38,313 bases of DNA from a virus (lineage: Duplodnaviria > Caudoviricetes), in the IMG/VR virus record IMGVR_UViG_3300027811_000002, positions 1-38,313 of that record; one strand, 5' to 3'. The notes below the pieces were generated by a model. The model had not been told where the DNA came from and made no database searches. It saw only the letters and a list, made by a program, of their open reading frames with translations. Positions within the stretch are counted from its first letter, which is position 1; every line of letters starts with the position of its first letter. Both the position numbers and the translations under genes were made by a program. Below, one piece after another: positions 25,570-34,102 of this stretch.

Positions 25570-26321
25570 TGGGTGATCCGTTTCGCAAAGTGGCATCGGG
25601 CGAGCCGCTTCGCATCTCGGCGCGAGCCTGGAACGCCATGCTCGAGGCGGCCGGCCTCGCCAAGCGGACGCGCGACCGTGACCGCGATGCCTCTCGGCGC
25701 ATGCCCCAGGCGGGCATCGTGCCGATCTCCAATGTCACTGGCTCTGACCGCGAGCGCGGCCAGGTCCTCGGCCTCACCGCGCCACTCATCACGCCGAGCG
25801 ACGACGAGGACGGCTTCCTGGAGCGAATCACGTTCAGCGGCAGCCAACCGTTCGCCAATCTGCACACCGGCCGATACGCTATCCTCATGGAGCCGATCCC
25901 TGCCGGCGAGATCGGCCTCGGCTGCATTGACGGCGTCTGCGCAGCCAAGCTCAATGTCATCGCGACCACGGACATCTACGCGGAACTCGTGGATGACGAG
26001 CCAAGGTATCTCCAGTCCGGCCCGGCCGGCAGCGCCCGCATCCTGTGGATCCCGGCGAGTGAGGGCGAACAATGGGCGATCATCCGGATCGGCCAACCCA
26101 CCGGCGAGAGCATGTTCAAGATCTGCGCGATTTCTCCCGCGCTCAAGGGTTACAAGCTTCTGGGCATGCCCCTCGGGGTCCCGTCTTGGGACACGGACGA
26201 AACGACGCTGATTCATCTTGGCGTCGGCTGTATCAAGGCCAATGACGTCGTCGCAGCCCTTTTCCAGTTCGGCAGCTGGCTCATCACCTCGACCTATTAC
26301 CGTCTTGTGGCGGATCCCTGA
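25569..26321 (+). CDS. Putative minor tail protein
   Basis: TGATG-coupled within the tail module. Confidence 0.6.
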   Translation: MGDPFRKVASGEPLRISARAWNAMLEAAGLAKRTRDRDRDASRRMPQAGIVPISNVTGSDRERGQVLGLTAPLITPSDDEDGFLERITFSGSQPFANLHTGRYAILMEPIPAGEIGLGCIDGVCAAKLNVIATTDIYAELVDDEPRYLQSGPAGSARILWIPASEGEQWAIIRIGQPTGESMFKICAISPALKGYKLLGMPLGVPSWDTDETTLIHLGVGCIKANDVVAALFQFGSWLITSTYYRLVADP

Positions 26322-27388
26322 TGGCCTGGACGAGCGAATGGCCGAAAGTCGGCGATCAGAATCTCGGCCTCTCCGTGATCAACGAGCTCAACGATGAGCT
26401 CAACCTCAGGGCGGGGACTTCGTACGAGGGCTTTCTGGCGTGCAGCAGCCTCTGGACTGCTCTCGTCCTCTTGCACGGCCGGGTCTATGCCCAGCTCCCC
26501 AGCTTCGCGAATCCAGACACCGGCTACAAATGGGCGCTGCCAGGGCAGATCGAAGTCCTGACGGGAACATGGACCGATCGCCGCAACAATATCTTCAAGA
26601 AGGTTTTCGGCGGCGATCGGTTGAGGTGGCTCAAAAACGGCACTGGCGGTGAGGGCTCGACGCCAGATTCCTGCTGCGAGCCGTACGCTTTCTTCCTCAA
26701 CGAGCTGCACGACATCATCGATGCGATGACCTGGAAATATGGCGCCGCGACGGATGCCCTCGCTGTCAGCAGAGACGCTGATGCCACCGAGGCGACGAAG
26801 CAGGCGTCGCTCAATACGGCCTGGGCCGGGTATGAGGCCTGTGCCGAGGTCCTGAGCAGTGGCAATGCGGTCCTTCAGGGCGACTACGGTATGTTCGCGG
26901 GGCCGGACTACTACTGCTTCGTCGGCGGCCGCCATGCGTTCGGATCTCTCGCGTTGCCCGCCACGGTGACAGCCATGAAAGCATTCGTCTTTCAGATCCG
27001 CGGCAGTCACTACTATAAGGACGTCGACGGGGCTCCGGTCGACGCCGCGCTGCCCAGTTGGCCCCTCGCCTTCCGCATTGGCTCGGTCAACCCCGCGCCT
27101 CTCGGCGCCGGAGATTGGAATTACGGAGCCGCGGCCGGCAGCGTGGACATCAATCAGTACGCGCCTTTCACGTTTCTCGAGACGGTCACTCCGGTCGAGC
27201 CGGCCGCAGTGGCTGATTTGGCCGGGTATACCCAGGGCGCGACCAACTGGGTGCAACTCCAGCCCGGGACGGGGCAAAAGCCGCAGTGCATCGTGGATGA
27301 CGGCTATTGGGACCCGCTGTCCAGCGTGAATTTCCACCAAGTCGTCCACGCGGTCACCGACATCCGTTTCCTCTGGCGCATCATCTGA
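26321..27388 (+). CDS. Putative tail/receptor-binding protein
   Basis: TGATG-coupled; aromatic, beta-rich C-terminus. Confidence 0.55.
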   Translation: MAWTSEWPKVGDQNLGLSVINELNDELNLRAGTSYEGFLACSSLWTALVLLHGRVYAQLPSFANPDTGYKWALPGQIEVLTGTWTDRRNNIFKKVFGGDRLRWLKNGTGGEGSTPDSCCEPYAFFLNELHDIIDAMTWKYGAATDALAVSRDADATEATKQASLNTAWAGYEACAEVLSSGNAVLQGDYGMFAGPDYYCFVGGRHAFGSLALPATVTAMKAFVFQIRGSHYYKDVDGAPVDAALPSWPLAFRIGSVNPAPLGAGDWNYGAAAGSVDINQYAPFTFLETVTPVEPAAVADLAGYTQGATNWVQLQPGTGQKPQCIVDDGYWDPLSSVNFHQVVHAVTDIRFLWRII

Positions 27389-27400
27389 GAGGAGAACATC

Positions 27401-27718
27401 GTGCTCCACTGTGTGACGTTCGGCGGCCAGCTCGCCGCGCTCGTCCTCATCGCCGCGATTGACCTCACGGGCACCGATGGCATCGAGCGGATCGGTCTCT
27501 ACGCCGCGCTGGCAACCGTGCTGTCGCTCCTGACCTGGGCGCACCGGCGGATGGTCAATGAGGTCATCACGCGCGGCCGTGTGCTTTCCGCCCTCGTCGA
27601 ATGGCTGCGCGATAAGCCCTGCGTCGCAAGACACGGGCCGGACTTCGATCGCGTCCTGAAGGCCGCGGCGAAGGAGCCCAAGGATTCCGCCGTGGAGATA
27701 CGCGAATCCCCTTTATAA
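27401..27718 (+). CDS. Small membrane protein, holin candidate
   Basis: 105 aa with two hydrophobic segments and a charged C-terminus; GAGGAG SD. Confidence 0.5.
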   Translation: MLHCVTFGGQLAALVLIAAIDLTGTDGIERIGLYAALATVLSLLTWAHRRMVNEVITRGRVLSALVEWLRDKPCVARHGPDFDRVLKAAAKEPKDSAVEIRESPL

Positions 27719-27795
27719 CCAACCAACGCTGGGCGCTGCGCACGGCTCGCGATGGCAAGGGAAAGCTCATCGCCCACGGAGTCGACTTCGCGCCC

Positions 27796-28926
27796 ATGGA
27801 GATCGCCAACGGCCAAGGCCGAGCCCGCGTCGGCGGGAAGGCGTGGGGCGTTCCATTCATCATCGAGCTGCGGGCCGCCAAGGACAAGAAATTCAAGATC
27901 GAGGAAAAGGCCAACGGCTTCATTGTCCGGGGCGTCGGCAGCGACCTTGCCTTTGAGCAACGCGGCGACCTGATTCTGCCGTCGGGCGAAATCTGGACGC
28001 CAGAGGGCGGCCTCCTCAAAACGACGCTCACCCTCGACAAGAAGCCAGCCTGCAACGCCTGGGCGTTCGATCTGACCTTCCCGGCCGGCACTCGATTTGC
28101 CTTTCAGGGCGAACTGACGCGGGATGAACAGGACGGCACAGGGCTGCTGGGCAAAGTGACCCGCCCCGATTGGTGCATCAACTCGTATGCAGTCTTCGAC
28201 GCATCGGACGCCAAAATCGCCCACATCCCCAGACCGTTCGCCCTGGACGACGACGGCCGGTGGACGTGGGCGAGCATCGCAATCGCGGATGGCGTCGCCA
28301 TCGTCAGCCTCCCGAACGAATGGCTCGAGGCAGCCCGCTACCCGGTCACGATCGACCCGACCTTCGGCATGACGAGCGTGGGGGGCGGCTTCTCCACATA
28401 CGATGGCCACCCCTATGCGTGGGGCAGAAGTTCCCCCGCCACGGCGGGAACCACCTCACAGATATACTTCTATGGCGGCATCGACCTCGGCGGATACCAG
28501 GAATGCACGCTCGGGTTGTGGGCGGACGACGGCGCCAATCATCCCGGTGCCCGCGTCGTGGATACCGCCGCAGCGGAAACCCCATGGCCTCCCGCGTGGA
28601 TCAGCTCCGCGACCGATTCGGCGGCGGCGGTAGATCCGGCCATCAACTACTGGATCGGCGGCGACTTCTCGCCGCACGGCTCTTCGGCGATTAACGTGTA
28701 CTTTGACGTCGACGTCACGAAGCTCTGGTATCGCGACAACCCGGGCGTCTACGTCAGCGGGGCCGTGCCCGACCCATTTTCGAGCAACCGCAACTCGTTC
28801 GGCACGTACCGATTCTCCGCCTATGTAGTGTATGACGAAGGCGAAGCCGGCGGCGCCTTTGCGCAACTCATCAACTCCGGCCTCGTCAATAGACGTGGCC
28901 TCATCAACGGAGGTCTCGTCGCATGA
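27796..28926 (+). CDS. Putative virion structural protein
   Basis: 376 aa; WLEAARYPVTIDPT linker then a beta-rich domain. The frame is open upstream, with a possible start at 27706. Confidence 0.65.
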   Translation: MEIANGQGRARVGGKAWGVPFIIELRAAKDKKFKIEEKANGFIVRGVGSDLAFEQRGDLILPSGEIWTPEGGLLKTTLTLDKKPACNAWAFDLTFPAGTRFAFQGELTRDEQDGTGLLGKVTRPDWCINSYAVFDASDAKIAHIPRPFALDDDGRWTWASIAIADGVAIVSLPNEWLEAARYPVTIDPTFGMTSVGGGFSTYDGHPYAWGRSSPATAGTTSQIYFYGGIDLGGYQECTLGLWADDGANHPGARVVDTAAAETPWPPAWISSATDSAAAVDPAINYWIGGDFSPHGSSAINVYFDVDVTKLWYRDNPGVYVSGAVPDPFSSNRNSFGTYRFSAYVVYDEGEAGGAFAQLINSGLVNRRGLINGGLVA

Positions 28927-31139
28927 GTTATCTCGGTGACTTCGCGGTCGACGCGACGGTCAATTTCCTGTTCACCAGCCACGACAAGGACGGTGGCGCC
29001 GTTGCACCTTCGACGGCCTTCGAGGCCGCCGACCTCATCATCTACAAGAACAACTCAGCCACGCAACGGTCCTCTACGGCCGGCGTAACGATGACTTCCC
29101 CATTCGATGCCATCGTGGGTTTGCACCAGGTCTCCATTGATCTGAGCGATAACACCGACGCCGGCTTCTATGCCGCCGGCAGCGACTACTTCGTTATCCT
29201 GTCCCCGGATGAGACGGTAGATAGTGAGACGGTGGTCCGGGTAGTGGCGCACTTCAGCATCGCGCGCGCCCTGGCCACGACGCATCAGCCGCCGAGTGCC
29301 GAGGCCATCGCCGACGCCGTGCTCGACGAGGCCAAGGGCGAGCATGCCGGGCACCTCGCCAGCATCCCGACCGACCCCTACACGGGGACGCCGCCGACCG
29401 CCGAGGCCATCGCCGACGCCGTGCTCGACGAGGCCAAGGGCGAGCACACGGGCCACCTGGCCAACATCCCGACCGATCCCTACACGGGCACGCCGCCGAC
29501 TGCCGAGGCCATCGCCGACGCCGTGCTCGACGAGGCGCTGGGCGAGCACACCGGGCATCTCGCCACCATCCCGACCAACCCCTACACGGGCACGCCACCG
29601 GCGGTCGACGCCATCGCTTACGCCGTGTTCGAGGAGCCGAAGGGCAGCCATATCGGTTATCTCGCGAGCATCCCAAGCGATGCGCCGCCGACCGCCGATG
29701 CCATCGCCGATGCCGTGCTCGACGAGGCGCTGGGCGAGCACACGGGCCACCTGGCCAGCATCCCGACCGATCCCTACACGGGCACGCCGCCGACCGCCGA
29801 TGCCATCGCGGACGCCGTGCTCGACGAGGCCAAGGGCGAGCACGCCGGGCACCTGGCCAGCATCCCGACCGACCCCTACATGGGCACGCCGCCGACCGCC
29901 GAGGCCATCGCCGACGCCGTGCTCGACGAGGCCAAGGGCGAGCACGCCGGCCACCTCGCCAGCATCCCGACCGACCCCTACACGGGCACGCCGCCGACTG
30001 CGGCCGCCATCGCCGACGCCGTGCTCGACGAGGCCAAGGGCGAGCACGCCGGCCACCTGGCCAGCATCCCGACCGATCCCTACACGGGCACGCCGCCGAG
30101 TGCGGCCGCCATCGCCGATGCCGTGCTCGACGAGGCCAAGGGCGAGCATGCCGGGCACCTCGCCAGCATCCCGACCGACCCCTACACGGGGACGCCGCCG
30201 ACCGCCGAGGCCATCGCCGACGCCGTGCTCGACGAGGCGAAGGGCGAGCACGCCGGCCATCTGGCCAGCATCCCGACCGACCCCTACACGGGCACGCCGC
30301 CGACTGCGGCCGCCATCGCCGATGCCGTGCTCGACGAGGCCAAGGGCGAGCACGCCGGCCACCTCGCCACCATCCCCACCGCCACGCCGCCGACTGCGGC
30401 CGCCATCGCCGACGCCGTGCTCGACGAGGCGCTGGGCGAGCACGCGGGCCACCTCGCCAGCATCCCGACCGATCCCTACACGGGCACGCCGCCGACGGTG
30501 GGCCAGATCCGCAGCGAGCTCGAGGAGGGCGACGGTGCAGTCCTCGCGAAACTCGCTGCAACCGTCGAGGCCGACGGCGAGCTCTGGCGCTTCACCGAGA
30601 ATGCCCTGGAGGAAGCGCCGAGCGCCAGCGGGGCGACCGACTGGTCCGCCAGCGAAAAGCAGCAGATCCGGCAGGCCCTCGGCGTCGCCGGCTCAGCCGC
30701 CGACACGAGCGGAGACGGCAATCTCGATGTGGCTCTCACCCGCATCAACAGTCTCCTCGGCTCCGTCGAGGTCTCGGCCTCGGCCATCACGGGCACGGAG
30801 GAGGATATTGACGTCTACCGCGGGGATACCAAGGCGGTGACGTTCGACCTCAACCGCGACATCGAGGGCGCCGCGCTCGCCTTCACGGTCAAACGCAAGC
30901 TCACCGATACGCAGGCCGACGCTCTCATCACCAAGACGTCTGCGGCTGGGGAAATCACGATTACCAGCCCGAGCGAGGGGCAGTTCTCCGTCTTCCTGGA
31001 GGCCGAGGACACGGAGGACCTTTGCTCGACAGGCAAGACCGCAGTACTGCACTACGATGTGGAGATGACGCTCGACGGGGCCGTCGAGACCGTCGCCTTC
31101 GGGGAGTTCCGCGTCCACTGCGATGTGACGGCCGATTAG
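28923..31139 (+). CDS. Virion-associated protein with 12 tandem ~34-aa repeats and a BppU-like C-terminal beta domain
   Basis: Repeat PPTAEAIADAVLDEAKGEHAGHLASIPTDPYTGT; C-terminal DIDVYRGDT...FTVK...YDVEM...GEFRV; ATGA coupling. Confidence 0.8.
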   Translation: MSYLGDFAVDATVNFLFTSHDKDGGAVAPSTAFEAADLIIYKNNSATQRSSTAGVTMTSPFDAIVGLHQVSIDLSDNTDAGFYAAGSDYFVILSPDETVDSETVVRVVAHFSIARALATTHQPPSAEAIADAVLDEAKGEHAGHLASIPTDPYTGTPPTAEAIADAVLDEAKGEHTGHLANIPTDPYTGTPPTAEAIADAVLDEALGEHTGHLATIPTNPYTGTPPAVDAIAYAVFEEPKGSHIGYLASIPSDAPPTADAIADAVLDEALGEHTGHLASIPTDPYTGTPPTADAIADAVLDEAKGEHAGHLASIPTDPYMGTPPTAEAIADAVLDEAKGEHAGHLASIPTDPYTGTPPTAAAIADAVLDEAKGEHAGHLASIPTDPYTGTPPSAAAIADAVLDEAKGEHAGHLASIPTDPYTGTPPTAEAIADAVLDEAKGEHAGHLASIPTDPYTGTPPTAAAIADAVLDEAKGEHAGHLATIPTATPPTAAAIADAVLDEALGEHAGHLASIPTDPYTGTPPTVGQIRSELEEGDGAVLAKLAATVEADGELWRFTENALEEAPSASGATDWSASEKQQIRQALGVAGSAADTSGDGNLDVALTRINSLLGSVEVSASAITGTEEDIDVYRGDTKAVTFDLNRDIEGAALAFTVKRKLTDTQADALITKTSAAGEITITSPSEGQFSVFLEAEDTEDLCSTGKTAVLHYDVEMTLDGAVETVAFGEFRVHCDVTAD
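29289..30497 (+). repeat. Coding tandem repeat, 102-bp unit x12 (units 4 and 11 are 12 bp shorter)
   Basis: gaggccatcgccgacgccgtgctcgacgag recurs at 29301, 29403, 29505 and onward. Confidence 0.95.
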
Positions 31140-31209
31140 CAGTTTTTCATGACAGAGCGGCCACGGCGTAGGCGCCGTGGCCGCAGAGGGAACACATGTG
31201 AGCCCTAGC

Positions 31210-31805
31210 CTACTCGTCGTCCTCGTCGTCCTCGGGAGCCTCGCCATCGGGCAGGGCGAAGGCGCGCTTGAGCTCGATGCTGCCGATGGCGATCGTCGCC
31301 AGGGCGCTCCAGCGACGGGCCTCGTCAGGTAGTGGCTGGGGAGGTCGAAGTACTCATTCAGCTTGGCGCCGCACAGGCTGTACACGGTCTCGGTGGGTTC
31401 GGAACTCGCCGCGCAGCGCAGCTCGGTGATGGTGCGGCTCGTGAGGATGTGCTCGTAATTCGTGTTGCCGAGCGGGTCGGGCACGTGGACGAGCTCGTCC
31501 GGGGCCGTCGCGAGGAAATCGCGGAGCAGGGTTTCGTCCTCGGCGCGCTTCTCGGCCGCCTCCTGCTCGCGGGCGGCGGCGAGGGCATCGAGCGCCATCC
31601 GCACGGCGTCGGGCGTGGCCTCGGCCGCATCGTAGCCCGCCTCGGGGATCTGGTAGTCCGCCCGCTGGGATCCCGAGTAGCGGGCCAACTCGGCTCGCTG
31701 GGCCTTGGAGAGCTCAGCGGCGGGCACGGCCACGACCTGGTAGCCGTGGGCGTCGTGCCCTGCGAGGAGGGCGGTCGCCTTCGACACATAGATCTCGATT
31801 CTCAT
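31210..31805 (-). pseudogene. Hypothetical gene with apparent frameshift near 31330
   Basis: GGAG + MRIEIYVSKATALLAG... is protein-like up to YFDLPSHY. A shifted frame continues DEARRWSALATIAIGSIELKRAFALPDGEAPEDDEDDE*. Confidence 0.45.
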
Positions 31806-32070
31806 CGCTCGATCTCCGAACGAGTGCCGACTGCGCGTCGGCGGGCGGTGCCGAGAATCCGCTCGGCGCGGGTGCGAGGGCGATGCCTCGCGCGGCCGCA
31901 TCGTAGCGGCCGCAGACGAATCGGATGGCGAGCTCGGTCTCTCGGCCGATGGGCCGCTCGCCGCGCTCCCGTCGGGCGACCGTGTTTTTGGCGACGCCCA
32001 GGAGCCCCGCCAGCTTCTGCTGGCTCAGGCCTTTGAACATCCTGAGTTCTCTTGCCTCGTCGCCAGTCAT
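31714..32070 (-). CDS. XRE-family HTH protein
   Basis: ELRMFKGLSQQKLAGLLGVAKNTVARRERGERPI; GAGGAG SD. Confidence 0.75.
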   Translation of the reverse strand: MTGDEARELRMFKGLSQQKLAGLLGVAKNTVARRERGERPIGRETELAIRFVCGRYDAAARGIALAPAPSGFSAPPADAQSALVRRSSDENRDLCVEGDRPPRRARRPRLPGRGRARR

Positions 32071-32102
32071 CTCTGTCTCCTCTCTCCTCCCGCGTCGGAG
32101 GC

Positions 32103-32441
32103 TCAGGCCTCCATGTCCTCCTCATCCTCGGCATCCTCGTCGTCCTCGGCCACAGCCTCATTGATCGCGGCCGCAATCATCCGCGCGATGTCTCGCGTGC
32201 CCATGTCCTCCCACACCTCGCCGAGCTTGGGCAACGTGACATCCTGTTCGTCCGCCAATTCCTCCAGCACGTGTTCTGCCGCGCGCGATTTGCGCACGTC
32301 GTAATGATCCGACGTGCTCGCGTCCCCTGCGCCCTCTCCATATGCCCACGAGGCAGGGTAATAGGTCTCGTTGGTCTTCGGGAAAAACGAGCACTCAGCC
32401 AGGGCATCTCGCACTCGCTCCAGCGCCTCAGCCACGGTCAC
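32103..32441 (-). CDS. Hypothetical acidic protein
   Basis: 112 aa in the leftward operon; GC3-rich codons; acidic tail. Confidence 0.6.
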   Translation of the reverse strand: MTVAEALERVRDALAECSFFPKTNETYYPASWAYGEGAGDASTSDHYDVRKSRAAEHVLEELADEQDVTLPKLGEVWEDMGTRDIARMIAAAINEAVAEDDEDAEDEEDMEA

Positions 32442-32718
32442 CGCGCACGGCGAACCGGCTGAGGGGCTGATCGCCGCGCGAACTGTTGCAGTGGCGGCAG
32501 GCGGTGACGATGTTGGCCGGCTCGTTGCCGCCGCCGTCCGATTTCGCTCGCAGATGGTCGAGCGTCACATCCGTCGGCGCCGCGCCGTGGAGATCGGCGA
32601 GGCAATAGAGGCAGCAGAAACCGTCGCGCAGATAGATGGCCAGCCGCTTTTCGGGGCGAATCCAGCGCCCGACCGGCTGGCTGGGGCTGTTCCTGCGCTT
32701 GCGCTCCGTCGTGGTCAT
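32428..32718 (-). CDS. HNH endonuclease
   Basis: RLAIYLRDGFCCLYC...TLDHL...GGGNEPANIVTACRHCNSSRG. Confidence 0.88.
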   Translation of the reverse strand: MTTTERKRRNSPSQPVGRWIRPEKRLAIYLRDGFCCLYCLADLHGAAPTDVTLDHLRAKSDGGGNEPANIVTACRHCNSSRGDQPLSRFAVRGDRG

Positions 32719-32754
32719 CTCGCCTGTCCTTTCGTTTCCTTCCCCGCCATCTAT

Positions 32755-32782
32755 AGTATACCACAGGTATACCAAAAGTCAA
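32755..32782 (-). promoter_or_regulatory. Sigma70-type promoter for the HNH operon with repeated GGTATAC operator-like boxes
   Basis: Minus strand TTGACT, 16-bp spacer, TATACT with an extended TG; TGGTATAC occurs twice. Confidence 0.7.
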
Positions 32783-32828
32783 GGCGAAAAACGGATTATT
32801 TTGCCTTTTTTCTCTCTGCCCTCCAGAG

Positions 32829-33302
32829 CTAGCGGGCCTTCACGGCGGAGAGCGTCAATTCGATTCGCACGTCCTTGCCGCGCGTTCGGCCCCCAACGAG
32901 GTCGAGCCCCATCTTGCTTTCAGCTTTTGCGACCGTGCCCGCGACAGACAACTCGTCGTCGGCGTGGAATCTCGCCGCGCTGTCCTCTCCGACCTCCCAG
33001 CTCACGATTGTCTGCACCCACCGCGAGCCGACCCAGGCCGCGTGGACGCCGGCCGTGAGTGCCGTGGCCTCCACGGCCTTGACGAGGTGCTTGCCCTCCA
33101 GCTCGGTCGCTTTCACGCTGGCCACCACGACGCGGCCGCTGATGCGGCAGCCGACGAGCTGCTCGGGCTTGTGCCCGGGCTTCGCCAGCCACTCCGCCAC
33201 GTCGGCCAGAGCCATTTGCTTCGGGGCCTTGGGCTTCTCGGCATCGGCTGCCAGGGCGATTGCCGCGGCGAGCGTCACCAGGATTGCGATCCTCATCTCC
33301 AT
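32829..33302 (-). CDS. Exported protein with signal peptide
   Basis: GGAGG SD; MEMRIAILVTLAAAIALAA|DAEK; beta-rich mature region; directly downstream of the repressor. Confidence 0.7.
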   Translation of the reverse strand: MEMRIAILVTLAAAIALAADAEKPKAPKQMALADVAEWLAKPGHKPEQLVGCRISGRVVVASVKATELEGKHLVKAVEATALTAGVHAAWVGSRWVQTIVSWEVGEDSAARFHADDELSVAGTVAKAESKMGLDLVGGRTRGKDVRIELTLSAVKAR

Positions 33303-33307
33303 GCCTC

Positions 33308-33706
33308 CTACCTGATTCCGAGGAATCTCAGGACCCCTTCGAGCTGGCTGGCGTCGAGCCCTTCGAGACGCCGGAGCAATTGGCGCAGCTCGCGCTTGTG
33401 GCCGATGCCCCGCACGAGCCTGAGCACCTCCGCGTCGAGGCCGTAGAGGGGCCTTGGCTCCATGACGGCGGCGACGGCCTCGGCGGCCGCTTGCTCCTCC
33501 GCCGAACCGATCGGATCGACCCCGAAGACGGCACACAGGGCGACGAGCGTGTCCCATCGCGGCGCCTTGAGTTCGCCCCGCCGCACCCTCGCGACGGCCA
33601 TGTGCGAGACGCGCCCTCCGGCCCGCCTGGCCAGCTCGCGATTGCTCGTGCCGCTTTCGCGGATGAGTCGGCCGAGCATTTCAGCGTTCGCCCGCAGCGG
33701 ATCCAA
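33308..33706 (-). CDS. XRE-family repressor (CI-like)
   Basis: SNRELARRAGGRVSHMAVARVRRGELKAPRWDTLVALCAVFGV; divergent from a small cro-like gene. Confidence 0.8.
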   Translation of the reverse strand: MDPLRANAEMLGRLIRESGTSNRELARRAGGRVSHMAVARVRRGELKAPRWDTLVALCAVFGVDPIGSAEEQAAAEAVAAVMEPRPLYGLDAEVLRLVRGIGHKRELRQLLRRLEGLDASQLEGVLRFLGIR

Positions 33707-33769
33707 GCTCTTCCCTCCACCTCATCTAGTCAAGGGGATCGTGCCGCTCTTTTGCCCTCCGGCAGACTA

Positions 33770-33847
33770 ATGTTACGCGCGCCGCTGCCCGCTTTCAAGA
33801 TATTTTCAAGAAATTTTCTTGACAATGCGGCACGGACCTGTTACAGA
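33770..33847. promoter_or_regulatory. Divergent promoter pair with operator-like palindrome (genetic switch)
   Basis: Minus: TTGAAA (33798-33793), 17 bp, TAACAT. Plus: TTGACA (33819), 17 bp, TACAGA. Palindrome TCAAGA-AATTT-TCTTGA at 33806-33822 and a further TTTCAAGA half-site. Confidence 0.72.
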
Positions 33848-33892
33848 TGGCGCGCGTTCGTTCCACCGACGGCGAAAAGGAGCCCGTGAGCG

Positions 33893-34075
33893 ATGGCCAA
33901 GAAGCTTCCAGAGACAATCGACAGCAGCCGGTTTCCGGTGCCCCTGGGTTGCTGGATTTCGCCCAAAGCGAAGGCCAAGCTCGAGCGGCTTCAAGTCTCG
34001 ATGGCCGAGGCCCTGGGCCTGCGAAAGCTCCCGCAGGGCGCCGTCCTCGAGCATCTCATCCTCGCCGCCAAGTGA
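33893..34075 (+). CDS. Small DNA-binding protein in the cro position
   Basis: AAGGAG SD; 60 aa, basic; first gene of the rightward early transcript. Confidence 0.6.
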   Translation: MAKKLPETIDSSRFPVPLGCWISPKAKAKLERLQVSMAEALGLRKLPQGAVLEHLILAAK

Positions 34076-34102
34076 ATGGATCAGAGTGGAGGCGGTTCCC
34101 GA

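Noticed and set aside
29289-30497. CRISPR array
   Set aside because: Contiguous in-frame 102-bp units with no unique spacers and no cas genes.
30693-31901. 402-aa minus-strand ORF as a single protein
   Set aside because: Its distal part is antisense to the repeat-protein gene and not protein-like; only 31805 to ~31330 looks coding.
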